Shown piece after piece: positions 9,714 to 18,869 of a DNA stretch of 64,000 bases. The stretch comes from Verrucomicrobia subdivision 3 bacterium UBA3939 (lineage in GTDB: Bacteria; Verrucomicrobiota; Verrucomicrobiia; Limisphaerales; UBA3939), in the NCBI GenBank assembly GCA_002385705.1, contig DGDZ01000017.1, forward strand, positions 19,799-83,798, written 5' to 3'. Each line of letters opens with the position of its first letter. Position 1 is the first letter of the stretch. Made by a program: the position numbers and the translations under genes. The notes beneath the pieces are model-generated. The model did not search any database, had not been told where the DNA came from, and saw only the letters and a list, made by a program, of their open reading frames with translations.

Positions 9714-9741
9714 CGATTGACGATTGACGATTGACGATTGA
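9714..9741. repeat. Tandem heptamer repeat (CGATTGA) x4
   Basis: cgattga cgattga cgattga cgattga read directly from the sequence, followed by a partial cg. Confidence 0.9.
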
Positions 9742-9799
9742 CGCGGGGGTTGGGCCAGCGTGCGGGCCAGGACCGTGGAGAGTCGCACAGGCATCCCGG

Positions 9800-9978
9800 G
9801 GCGCGACCTTCAGGTCGCATCGCGTGCGAATGCAAGTGCACAGGGGGATTTCACTCGGATGAACGCATGCAGGCGCACGCTCAAGCGGCATGAATGCCGC
9901 GCCCGCCGGTAACGGAGCGTGAGACGCCGAGTTCCACGCGCGCGAACGGAACATCCGGATTCCAACGGGATTCCAATG
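9800..9978 (+). repeat. Cluster of short GC-rich hairpin repeat modules (same family as the 3.9-4.4 kb and 62.7 kb loci)
   Basis: ggcgcgaccttcaggtcgc (9800-9818) is identical to 62707-62725. aagcggcatgaatgccgcgc (9883-) closely matches 62677-. cgcgcgaacggaacatccggattccaacgggattcca (9932-9978) closely matches 4016-4060. Confidence 0.75.
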
Positions 9979-10106
9979 TTTCCCGCGTGGTTTGCCACAA
10001 AGGAGAGAAAAAGATGGAGGTCGCCGCGAGGTTTGTTAAAAACCTGTGACTAAGTTTGAATAACTCGGGTTTGAACACGTTTTGAAACTCCTGTGTTGTT
10101 GCTCGC

Positions 10107-11558
10107 ATGATTGATTCCGTCTCTGCAGAAGCCGCGAGCGCTCCCGATCTGAAACGGGCGCGTCGCCGCAAACCGGCCGCGGAACCGGCCTCCGTGGATC
10201 GGTTGCCGCCGCATTCGCCCGAAGCCGAGCGGGGCGTGCTCGGTTGTATTCTGCTTTCGCCCAACGATTGCATGGGCCTCGCGATCGAGAAACTGAAGGG
10301 CGGCGCCGACGTCTTCTATGATCTTCGCCACCGTACGATTTTCACGACACTGGTCGAGATGTATGACAAGCGCGAGGCCATCGACATCATCACGCTGCAG
10401 CAGCGTCTGAAGGACAAGCAGTTGCTCGAACAGGTCGGCGGCCTGGCCGCGATCGCCTCGTTGCCGGACGCGGTGCCGTCGGCGGCCAACATCAGCTATT
10501 ACCTCGACATCGTTCACGAGAAGTTTCTGCTGCGGAAGATGATCGCCACCTGCACCGATGTGGTGGCGCGCGTGTATGATTACGAAGGCGAGGTGGACGC
10601 GCTGATGGACGAGGTGGAGCGCGACATTCTGCGCATCAGCGAATCGCGGGTGCAATCGCAGACGGTCACGATGAAGGAGCTGGTGAAGCGGGCGATCAAC
10701 ACGATCGAGGATTTCCACCAGCGGCAGGGGATGTTGACGGGGCTGGCGACGGGGTTCCCGGACCTGGACAAGATGACGAGCGGGCTGCATCCGGGGGAAA
10801 TGATCGTGATTGCGGCGCGGCCGAGCATGGGCAAGACGTCGCTGGCGATGAACATTGCGGAGCATGTGGCGGTGGACCTGAAGCTGCCCGTGGGGGTGTT
10901 CAGCCTGGAAATGACGTCCGAATCGCTGGTGCTGCGCATGTTGTGTTCGAGGTCGCGGGTGAACCTGCGCAGTGTGCGGGAGGGGTTTCTTGCCGAGCGC
11001 GATTTTCCGAAGCTGACGGGCGCGGCGGGCAAGCTGGCGAGCGCGCCGTTGTTCATCGACGACTCGTCGGGGCTGTCGATTCTGCAGTTGCGGGCGAAAG
11101 CGCGCCGGATGGCGCAGCAGCACAAGATCAAGCTTTTCGTGATTGACTACCTGCAATTGCTCCATTCTACTGCGCGCCGTGCCGAGAACCGGCAGCAGGA
11201 GATCGCCGATATCTCCAACGGCATCAAAGCGCTGGCCAAGGAACTGAACGTCCCGGTCATTGTCCTCAGCCAGCTCAACCGCGAGCTGGAGAAGGACCGG
11301 AATCGCAAGCCACGGATGTCCGACCTGCGGGAATCCGGCGCGATTGAACAGGATGCCGACCTGATTGGTCTGCTCTACAAACCTCTTGGCGGCGAGGACG
11401 ACGAGGGTGGATCGGAGGAAGGCGACGCGGTGCCGGTGAATCTGTTGATTGCCAAGCAGCGCAACGGGCCGACCGGCGACGTGCCCCTGACGTTTTTGAA
11501 GTCCTTTACACGATTTGAGAGCGCGGCAAGAGTGAGCGACGACGGCGTGCCCAACTGA
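10107..11558 (+). CDS. dnaB: Replicative DNA helicase
   Basis: 483 aa. PPHSPEAERGVLGCIL at the N-terminus, Walker A AARPSMGKTS, and IDYLQLL, SQLNRELE and DADLIGLLY blocks. Confidence 0.97.
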   Translation: MIDSVSAEAASAPDLKRARRRKPAAEPASVDRLPPHSPEAERGVLGCILLSPNDCMGLAIEKLKGGADVFYDLRHRTIFTTLVEMYDKREAIDIITLQQRLKDKQLLEQVGGLAAIASLPDAVPSAANISYYLDIVHEKFLLRKMIATCTDVVARVYDYEGEVDALMDEVERDILRISESRVQSQTVTMKELVKRAINTIEDFHQRQGMLTGLATGFPDLDKMTSGLHPGEMIVIAARPSMGKTSLAMNIAEHVAVDLKLPVGVFSLEMTSESLVLRMLCSRSRVNLRSVREGFLAERDFPKLTGAAGKLASAPLFIDDSSGLSILQLRAKARRMAQQHKIKLFVIDYLQLLHSTARRAENRQQEIADISNGIKALAKELNVPVIVLSQLNRELEKDRNRKPRMSDLRESGAIEQDADLIGLLYKPLGGEDDEGGSEEGDAVPVNLLIAKQRNGPTGDVPLTFLKSFTRFESAARVSDDGVPN

Positions 11559-11563
11559 CCTGA

Positions 11564-13987
11564 ATGAAATACGTGTTTCGCTGTTGCGGACTGCTCCTGC
11601 TGCTTGCCTGCTTTTCCGCCTGGGCTCAAAACCAGAGCCGATCCGCGCCGAAGGTGTTGCGGGTGGACATCAGGCACATCGGCCCGCCCGCCACGAGCGA
11701 TGAACTGATCCGGGCCAACATCCGCGTCAAGCCCGGGGATTCCTATCAGGCATGGGCGGTGGATGACGACGTCCGCAACCTGTACCGGACCGGGCAGTTC
11801 TACAACATTCAGGTGACGGCGGATCCCATGCCGGAGGGAGTGGTCCTCACCTACGTCGTCCAGGGGCGTCCCCGGCTGATCGGCATCGAGTTCGAGGGCA
11901 ACACGAAGTACCGGGATTCGGCCCTGCGCAAGAAGCTGACGTCGAAGGTGGGGGAACCGCTGGACGAGCAGAAGCTGTTCGTGGACGCGCGCGAGATCGA
12001 GAAGCGCTACGAACAGGCGGGCTACGCGGGCACGCAGGTGAAGTACGTGCTGTCGCTGGACCAGGACGCGGGGCGCGGCACCGCCACGTTTGTCATCGAG
12101 GAAAAACCGCGGATCCGGATCGCGCGGGTCGAGTTCGTGGGCGCGACCGCGTTCAGCCAGCGGGAGTTGCGCAGAGCGATCAAGACCCGCCGGCACTGGC
12201 TGCTGTCATGGATCACCCGCGGCGGCGTTTTCAGGGAGGAGGACTTTGAGGACGACAAGGAGCGCCTGGCCGAATTCTACCGGTCGAAGGGCTACATCGA
12301 TTTTGAGCTGCGGGATGTCCGGATCGAGCCGGTGTCGCCCGGGAAGGTCGTTGTTCGCCTCTTTGTTCATGAGGGGCAGCAGTACCGGGTGGGGTCCATC
12401 CAGTTTACCGGGAACGAGATCTTCAGCGACGAGGAGATCGCGGAGGGGTTGCGCCGCATGCAGCCGCGGGGCGTGCTGATCAAGCCGGAAGAGCTCGGGC
12501 CTAACGGCTTGAAGATGGACGTCGGCGACGTCTTCACGCCGCAGGGCTACCTGGCCGACATCCAGCAGATCGAAGACTTCTACGGCGCGCAGGGCTACAT
12601 CGACGTGGCGCGCAACCTGAACGTGGCGCGCATTCCAAACACGGAACGCGGCACGATGGACCTGGAATTCCGGATTCAGGAGGGGCAGCGGTCGTTCATC
12701 GAGAAGATCCGGATTCGCGGCAACACGAAGACGAAGGACCGGGTGATCCGGCGCGAGCTGGCGGTGGCGCCGGGCGAGCCGTTCGACATGGTGCGCATCC
12801 GCCGCAGCCGGCACCGCCTGGAGGGGTTGCAGTATTTTGTGGAAGGATCGGTGGAAGCGCGCCCGGAGCCCACGGACACGCCGTATCGGCCGGACCTGGT
12901 GATCAGCGTGCAGGAGAAGAACACGGGCAACCTGATGGCGGGCGCGGGCTTCAGCTCGATCGACGCGCTGGTGGGCTTTGCCGAGATCACGCAGGGCAAC
13001 TTTGACCTGTTCAATCCGCCGCGGTTCACCGGCGGCGGGCAGAAGTTCCGGCTGCGCATGCAACTGGGCACCCAGCGGCAGGATTACCTGCTCACGTTCA
13101 TCGAGCCCTGGTTCCTCGGCCGGCACCTCCAACTGGCGCTGGACCTCTATCACCAGGAACGCCACTTCCTCAGCGTCGAGGACCTTTACGACGAGACCCG
13201 GACCGGCGGCCGGATCGGGATCACCCGCGCGCTCGGCAGCGAATTCCTCATCGGCAGCTTCGGGTATCGCATCGAGAATGTGGGCATCGACTTCAACGGG
13301 TTCGCGAGAAAGGAGCAGGGACTGCCGGATTTCCGCTCGATTCCGGAACGGCTGCTGATCGAGGAAGGGGATGCGCTGTTGTCGAAGATCGACCTGTCGC
13401 TGGCCGTGGACACGCGCAACAGCCCGACGCTGCCGGACAAGGGGCAGCGCACGGAGTTCTCGATCGAACTGGCCGGTCCGTTTGGCGGTGAGAAGGACTA
13501 CTACAAGGCGGAGGTGCGGACGCATTGGTACTTCCGCGGCCTGTTCAGCGGGCATGTGCTGGAAGTGCTGGGAGGGACGGGCGTGGCGGATGCGTTCGGC
13601 AGGACGGACGTGGTTCCCTTCTACGACCGTTACTATCTGGGCGGGTTGTATTCGATGCGCGGCTACCGGTTCCGCAGCGTGAGTCCGCGCGAGGAAGGAT
13701 CGAGAGAGCCGATCGGCGGCGACACCTATTGGTTCGGATCGGTGGAATACAGCCTGCCGCTGATCGAACGATTGCGGTTTGCAGTGTTCTATGATGTTGG
13801 GAACGTGATGGAGAGTCCGTACACGTACGATTTTGATAATTTCAACGACAACTGGGGCATCGGGCTTCGGCTCAACCTGCCGATCGGGCCGTTGCGCCTC
13901 GATTATGGCTTCCCGATCCACCATGACCGGTTCAACAGCGGCTCGGGCCGGTTCCAGTTTGGCGTCGGTTTCGAGCGTCCTTTCTAG
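11564..13987 (+). CDS. bamA: Outer membrane protein assembly factor BamA (POTRA repeats + Omp85 barrel)
   Basis: 807 aa with a signal peptide and repeated POTRA-like segments (I..I.F.GN). The C-terminal barrel ends ...RFQFGVGFERPF. Confidence 0.95.
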   Translation: MKYVFRCCGLLLLLACFSAWAQNQSRSAPKVLRVDIRHIGPPATSDELIRANIRVKPGDSYQAWAVDDDVRNLYRTGQFYNIQVTADPMPEGVVLTYVVQGRPRLIGIEFEGNTKYRDSALRKKLTSKVGEPLDEQKLFVDAREIEKRYEQAGYAGTQVKYVLSLDQDAGRGTATFVIEEKPRIRIARVEFVGATAFSQRELRRAIKTRRHWLLSWITRGGVFREEDFEDDKERLAEFYRSKGYIDFELRDVRIEPVSPGKVVVRLFVHEGQQYRVGSIQFTGNEIFSDEEIAEGLRRMQPRGVLIKPEELGPNGLKMDVGDVFTPQGYLADIQQIEDFYGAQGYIDVARNLNVARIPNTERGTMDLEFRIQEGQRSFIEKIRIRGNTKTKDRVIRRELAVAPGEPFDMVRIRRSRHRLEGLQYFVEGSVEARPEPTDTPYRPDLVISVQEKNTGNLMAGAGFSSIDALVGFAEITQGNFDLFNPPRFTGGGQKFRLRMQLGTQRQDYLLTFIEPWFLGRHLQLALDLYHQERHFLSVEDLYDETRTGGRIGITRALGSEFLIGSFGYRIENVGIDFNGFARKEQGLPDFRSIPERLLIEEGDALLSKIDLSLAVDTRNSPTLPDKGQRTEFSIELAGPFGGEKDYYKAEVRTHWYFRGLFSGHVLEVLGGTGVADAFGRTDVVPFYDRYYLGGLYSMRGYRFRSVSPREEGSREPIGGDTYWFGSVEYSLPLIERLRFAVFYDVGNVMESPYTYDFDNFNDNWGIGLRLNLPIGPLRLDYGFPIHHDRFNSGSGRFQFGVGFERPF

Positions 13988-13988
13988 C

Positions 13989-16178
13989 ATGACTTCATTT
14001 GTGAGAAATCTGTCGGTTGCGCTTGGCGCATGTGTTCTTGCGGCGGGAAGTGTCTTTGGCGTCGGTCTCACCCGGCCGCTCTACTTCGAGCGCAACCTCG
14101 GCCAGGCCGATGAGGCGCACCCATACATCGCGCGCGGCGGGAACTGCGCGGTGCTGCTGGCGGCCGATTCCGTCACGCTGTTCCTGGACGCCGCGGATTC
14201 CAAACGCGGCGCGAGCAGGCGAACCATTCGCATCGTGTTCGAGAACGCCAACGCGTCGGCCCCGATGCACGGAGTGGAGCCTGTTCCCGGCAAGGCGAAT
14301 TACCTGTTGGGCGCGCCGTCGGAATGGCGGACCGGCATCCCGTTGTATGGCCGCGTGCAGGTCGAGAACATTTATCCCGGGATCCACCTCGTTTACTACG
14401 CCGATGCGGCAGGACGGCTCGAATACGATTTCCACGTGCAGCCCGGAGCGGATCCCGGGCAGATCCGGTTGCGCGTGGAAGGCGCGGACCGGTTGAAGAT
14501 CACGGACTCGGGCGACCTGGTGTTGCAGGTGGGCGGCGCGCAGATCCGGCAGCATCGGCCCGTGGTGTATCAGGAGGGCGAAGAGAGGAAACAGATCGAA
14601 GGCCGGTATCGGCGGATTGGCCACAACCGCGTGGCGTTCGAGCTGGCCAACTATGACCGATCGCGCGCGCTGGTGATCGATCCGGTCCTGACGTTCTCAA
14701 CCTACCTGGGCGGGGCGAAGGCGGACTACGCTCACGCGGTGGCCGTGGATCCGGCCGGGAACATTTACGTGGCGGGCGAGACATTGTCGAAAGACCTGCC
14801 CGGCGTATCGGGGTTTCAGACCCGGTATGGCGGCGGGATCGGGCCGTTCGGGGACGCGTTTGTGGCGAAGTACGACGCGGTCTCGAATCAGTTGGTGTAC
14901 CTCACGTATTTCGGCGGGCGGACCGATGACGGCGCCATGGCGATTGCGGTGGATGCGACAGGCGTGGCCTACATCACCGGGTTCACGGATTCGAGAGATT
15001 TTCCCCTGGTTCCGACGAACAATCCGATCAGTCCGAAGCTCAGTGATTTTGGCCGCAACAACAACGCGTTTCGGGTGCACCCGGTGAATGCCTTCGTGAC
15101 GGCGTTGACGCCGGATGGCGCCGGCCTGGTGTATTCGCTGATCCTCGGCGGCAACCGGCGGGACGGCGGGTTCGGCATTGCGGTCTCCGGACCCGATGTT
15201 TACGTGGCGGGGCTGACGGAATCCACCAACTTCATTCCGCGACCGGTGGACTTCGGCGGTTTCCAGACGAATATCGGCGGGAGGACGGACGCGTTCGTGG
15301 TGAGATTGACGCACGGCACGAACTGCGTGTTTTCGACATACCTGGGCGGCGAGCAGATGGACTATGCGCAATCCCTGGCCCTGGGTCCGTCGGGGAACGT
15401 TCTTGTGACGGGCGTCACGTCCTCCACCAACTTTCCCATCCTGAATCCGCTCACCTTTGTCCAGGGCACGAATCTGGTGACGGCTGATCGGTTGAACGGC
15501 ACGGGCAGACGGTCGCCGCGCACGGATGCCTTCGTGACCGAACTGACCGCGGATGGATCGGCGCTGGTCTATTCGACCTATCTGGGCGGAATCAGCGATG
15601 ACGTGGGGATGGACATTGCCGTGGACGGCGACGGTAACGCTTCCGTCACCGGTTACACACTGTCGTCGGGTTTTCCGGTGGTCAATTCGGCTCTGCCAGC
15701 GGTCTCGAACTTTTTCCAGCATCCATTTGTGGCACGGATCGGGCCGGGCGGCGGGAGCAACCTGCTGTTCTCGACGCATTTTGGGAGCTTTCGTCCGGCG
15801 CAGGGGCTCGGCGTGGCGGTGGACGCGGCGGGGAACACCTACGTCGCGGGCGTGGGCAACGTGCGAGACTTCTTCCCCGAGAACAGCTTTACCGATCTGC
15901 GCTCTACGAATGCGGTATCCAGGAGCGGGCGCAATGCAAACGACGTGTTTGTAGCGGTGTGGGATGCGAGCGGCGCGCTGACGACGAATTCGTTTCTGCT
16001 GGGCGGTTCGCGTAACGACCAGCCGAACGACATTGCGGTCGATGGCTCCGCGATCTACGTGGTGGGACAGACCACGTCGTCCGACCTGCCGCTGGCCGGG
16101 GATCCGCCCCAGACCCTGCTGGGGAACCGGAAAAAGAGCCGGATGAGCGACGCGTTCATTCAGAAAATCATTCCTTGA
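13989..16178 (+). CDS. Secreted SBBP (beta-propeller) repeat protein
   Basis: I place the start at the ATG at 13989 (MTSFVRNLSVALGACVLAAGSVFG, a signal peptide). The track ORF from 13833 overlaps bamA. There are at least 7 repeats of the form A.AVD..GN.YV.G.T.S.DFP. Confidence 0.8.
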   Translation: MTSFVRNLSVALGACVLAAGSVFGVGLTRPLYFERNLGQADEAHPYIARGGNCAVLLAADSVTLFLDAADSKRGASRRTIRIVFENANASAPMHGVEPVPGKANYLLGAPSEWRTGIPLYGRVQVENIYPGIHLVYYADAAGRLEYDFHVQPGADPGQIRLRVEGADRLKITDSGDLVLQVGGAQIRQHRPVVYQEGEERKQIEGRYRRIGHNRVAFELANYDRSRALVIDPVLTFSTYLGGAKADYAHAVAVDPAGNIYVAGETLSKDLPGVSGFQTRYGGGIGPFGDAFVAKYDAVSNQLVYLTYFGGRTDDGAMAIAVDATGVAYITGFTDSRDFPLVPTNNPISPKLSDFGRNNNAFRVHPVNAFVTALTPDGAGLVYSLILGGNRRDGGFGIAVSGPDVYVAGLTESTNFIPRPVDFGGFQTNIGGRTDAFVVRLTHGTNCVFSTYLGGEQMDYAQSLALGPSGNVLVTGVTSSTNFPILNPLTFVQGTNLVTADRLNGTGRRSPRTDAFVTELTADGSALVYSTYLGGISDDVGMDIAVDGDGNASVTGYTLSSGFPVVNSALPAVSNFFQHPFVARIGPGGGSNLLFSTHFGSFRPAQGLGVAVDAAGNTYVAGVGNVRDFFPENSFTDLRSTNAVSRSGRNANDVFVAVWDASGALTTNSFLLGGSRNDQPNDIAVDGSAIYVVGQTTSSDLPLAGDPPQTLLGNRKKSRMSDAFIQKIIP

Positions 16179-16255
16179 ACAGAGAGAACCGACTGAACAT
16201 GTTGGAGTCCGCGCCGGTATCCGGCTGAACGCGCAGAGGCGAGAGTTCCATCAAT

Positions 16256-16858
16256 ATGAAAAAGACGCTGACAGGATTGTTTTCGGTGGTATTGCTGCTG
16301 GCCATGGCCGTGCCGGCGATGGCGCAAACCGCGAATGACGGACAACAGATACGGATCGGCACTGTGGATTTGAGCCGGGTGTTTACCAACTATTGGAAGT
16401 TCAAGCAGGCCAGCGCGCACCTGGAGGAGGAGAAAGCCGATCTGGAGAAGACGGACAAGGAGATGCTCGGCAACCGGCAGAAGCTCGTCGAGGAGTACAA
16501 CCGGCTGAAGGAGGAATCCAACAATCAGGCGCTGTCGTCCTCCGAACGGGAGAACCGCCGGAAGGCCGCCGAGGACAAGCTGCGCCAGTTGAGCGATCTG
16601 GAGAACAACATCAAGGAATTCCGCCAGAAGGCGAACAACCGGCTCACGGAGCAGACACTGCGCATGCGGGAGAACCTGCTGATCGAGATTCGGGACGCGG
16701 TGCGCTCAAGAGCCAAGGCGGGAGGCTTCACGCTCGTATTTGATTCCGCCGCGCAGAGCGCCGACCGCACGCCGGTGATTCTGTACGGCACCGCGATCGA
16801 CCTGACCGACGCGGTGCTGTCGCAACTGAACGCCGCGGCGCCGGCGGGCGCGAAGTAA
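16256..16858 (+). CDS. skp: OmpH/Skp family periplasmic chaperone
   Basis: 200 aa with a signal peptide (AMAVPAMAQ) and IGTVDLSRVF. The body is a long charged coiled coil, and the gene lies in the bamA neighbourhood. Confidence 0.85.
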   Translation: MKKTLTGLFSVVLLLAMAVPAMAQTANDGQQIRIGTVDLSRVFTNYWKFKQASAHLEEEKADLEKTDKEMLGNRQKLVEEYNRLKEESNNQALSSSERENRRKAAEDKLRQLSDLENNIKEFRQKANNRLTEQTLRMRENLLIEIRDAVRSRAKAGGFTLVFDSAAQSADRTPVILYGTAIDLTDAVLSQLNAAAPAGAK

Positions 16859-16885
16859 AGCAGCCTGCTGCGCGGGCGGGAGGGG

Positions 16886-18067
16886 TCAGCTCCGGCTCAG
16901 CCGTTCGACCGGCTTCTCATAGTAGAGGCGGTGCGCCTCTTCGAGAATGCCCGGAATCTCCTTTGCAAACGGGCTGCGCCGCAGCGCCTCCGAGAGGTCC
17001 AGTTCGGAGACTTTGGAAGCGTTCTCGCCCGGGAACCAATGGTCGGCCTGGCCGAGCAGGTTGTAGCGCATCTTCGCCCATGCATCCAGGCCCAGCGGCT
17101 TCGCATAGGTCCACAACCGCAGGATCTCGGTGACATTGATTTCGCCCGGCACGTCCACGTAGTGGGGCAATCCCTCGGGCCAGCGCCGGCACCAATCCTC
17201 GCCCAGCACCTTCACCATCTCCGTGCGCAACCGCTGCTCGATCGGCCGGACCGTCTCTTCCATCCGATCGTAATAATCCAGCGCGCGGACGTGCTCGTCG
17301 AAGTCGTCCGGCCGATTGGCGCCGCAACTGAGCGTGTGCACCTGCGGGCGCGACAGGCAGTACAGCGCGTTGAACTGCATCGGTGTCAGCGGTGCGCACA
17401 GCTCCCGCATCTTGTCCGACGGCTCATAGAGCTTGCCGCCTTTGTCGTTGGGACTGATGATGAACACGCCCATATCCCGCGCCGCGGCGGCCTCGACCGC
17501 CGGCCAGTTCAGGTCGTTCACGAAATACCAGTGCAGGTTCACGTAATCGAACTCGTCCGACGCGATCGTTTCCAGAATGATGTCGGTGGTGGCGTGGGTG
17601 GAGAATCCGAGGAACCGGACGCGGCCTTCTCTCTGGAGCCGCCGCGCGGCGGCCACGCAGCCGTTCTTGCGCAGCGCCCAGTGCATCAACTGGCGGTTAT
17701 TGATGCCGTGCAACGCCAGCAGATCCACGTGCTCGAGCCCAAGGTAGCGCATTGACGTGTCGAACGTCTTCAGGAAGTCGTCCGCGTTTTCCCTGGGACT
17801 GACCTTTGTCTGAACGATGATCCGGTCGCGGGGCAACGTGGGCAGAATGCGCCCGAGCTGCATTTCGGAGGTGCCGTAGCCGCGGGCGGTTTCGATGTGG
17901 TTGATCCCGAGTTCAAGAGCCCTGCGCACGGTGGCTTCGAGATTGGCCTGGTTGTCCGGAGGAATCTCCTTCGGATCGACATCCTGCCACTTGTACTGGT
18001 AGCGCATGCCGCCGCAGGAGATCACCGGCATCTGAAGATTGGTGCGCCCGAAACGACGATATTTCAT
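16886..18067 (-). CDS. Aldo/keto reductase family oxidoreductase (long form)
   Basis: [22 protein letters not shown]..., [14 protein letters not shown] and [11 protein letters not shown] are typical of the AKR family. 393 aa. Confidence 0.85.
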   Translation of the reverse strand: MKYRRFGRTNLQMPVISCGGMRYQYKWQDVDPKEIPPDNQANLEATVRRALELGINHIETARGYGTSEMQLGRILPTLPRDRIIVQTKVSPRENADDFLKTFDTSMRYLGLEHVDLLALHGINNRQLMHWALRKNGCVAAARRLQREGRVRFLGFSTHATTDIILETIASDEFDYVNLHWYFVNDLNWPAVEAAAARDMGVFIISPNDKGGKLYEPSDKMRELCAPLTPMQFNALYCLSRPQVHTLSCGANRPDDFDEHVRALDYYDRMEETVRPIEQRLRTEMVKVLGEDWCRRWPEGLPHYVDVPGEINVTEILRLWTYAKPLGLDAWAKMRYNLLGQADHWFPGENASKVSELDLSEALRRSPFAKEIPGILEEAHRLYYEKPVERLSRS

Positions 18068-18149
18068 GCCGGGCGAAAGGGTACGGGAAAACGCCCGCGT
18101 GCCGCCACAGGATTCATGCAGGCTCAGTTGCCTGCGATGGCGGCGCCCC

Positions 18150-18869
18150 TCAGTTGTCGTTGCTGATCCACTGAACCCGCGGGGTCTTGATCTTGCCCGA
18201 CATCAGGAGGAAACCGTCCCCGGTGTAACCGTAGCCGAGGCCGTTGAGCATCATGGTGCTCCGGTAGAGGCGATCGCCGAACGTGTTGGCCGTGCTCCGG
18301 TTGTTCTGCTCCTGCGTCGTGCCTTCAAACAAAAAACTCAACTGGCTGACCACCGGATCGTAGAACTCGATGGTGAACCGGTAGAAATACTTGTACTTCC
18401 ACCACCCGAGCAGCTCGCTTTCCTTGCCGTGAAAGAGATAATCACCGTCCGCGAACGTGTCGCTGTACGCCAGGACATCGGAGGTGTCGGCAATCACGAC
18501 GTTCCCGTTGGCGTCCTGCACCTGGAAATGGGAGTAATCGACCAGGTACAGCCACGAGCCGAACGGAAAGTTCGTCTGGTAGGCGTTCTCCAGGAGGTCG
18601 AGCAGGTCCAGCGTGGTCAGGCGCACCTTGAAGACCTTGTCGGTGTAAACGCCCTTGCGCAGGACACTGAAATCCTGCAGTTGGAGAGTGAACTGCGCGA
18701 AGACAGGCATCTCCTGGGCGGTTGCGCGCGAAGGCGCGAGGCCCGTGAAAGCGAGTGCAAGACAGGGGATCAGATATCGCAGGGGTTTCATAAAGCTGTT
18801 CTTCCGTGCCGGTGTTGCGCGCCCGCGGCGCACCGGGTTCTTGGACGTGTCGGTTGTGCTTTTATTCAT
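18150..18869 (-). CDS. Hypothetical secreted protein (aromatic-rich, likely beta-rich)
   Basis: The start at 18869 forms an ATGA overlap with the stop of the upstream gene. An internal signal-peptide-like [26 protein letters not shown] suggests an alternative start at 18791. I recognise no family. Confidence 0.55.
   Translation of the reverse strand: MNKSTTDTSKNPVRRGRATPARKNSFMKPLRYLIPCLALAFTGLAPSRATAQEMPVFAQFTLQLQDFSVLRKGVYTDKVFKVRLTTLDLLDLLENAYQTNFPFGSWLYLVDYSHFQVQDANGNVVIADTSDVLAYSDTFADGDYLFHGKESELLGWWKYKYFYRFTIEFYDPVVSQLSFLFEGTTQEQNNRSTANTFGDRLYRSTMMLNGLGYGYTGDGFLLMSGKIKTPRVQWISNDN

Noticed and set aside
9714-9741. Tandem repeats considered as a CRISPR array or iterons.
   Set aside because: The units are 7 nt with no spacers and there are only four copies. 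No cas or rep genes are nearby, so it is not a CRISPR array. It is reported only as a microsatellite.
13833-13988. Upstream extension of the SBBP ORF overlapping the end of bamA by 155 nt.
   Set aside because: The extension is Ser/Gly/Arg-rich and has no signal peptide. The ATG at 13989 gives a canonical signal peptide directly after the bamA stop.
12206-14071. 621-aa minus-strand ORF. Similar long antisense ORFs occur at 2719-4029, 10050-11165, 20216-21289, 28593-29918, 35547-36863, 37756-39285, 42593-44131, 47240-48934, 49452-51599, 51937-52998, 54457-55947, 56311-57870 and 58747-60180.
   Set aside because: Each lies opposite a gene with strong family motifs (bamA, asnS, dnaB, DUF1552, the DUF455 fusion, priA, the M1 peptidase, clpX, rtcB, the kinase, the cyclase, GH2, SSS, the porin). 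Each shows the Arg/His/Pro/Gly-rich composition of non-coding frames.
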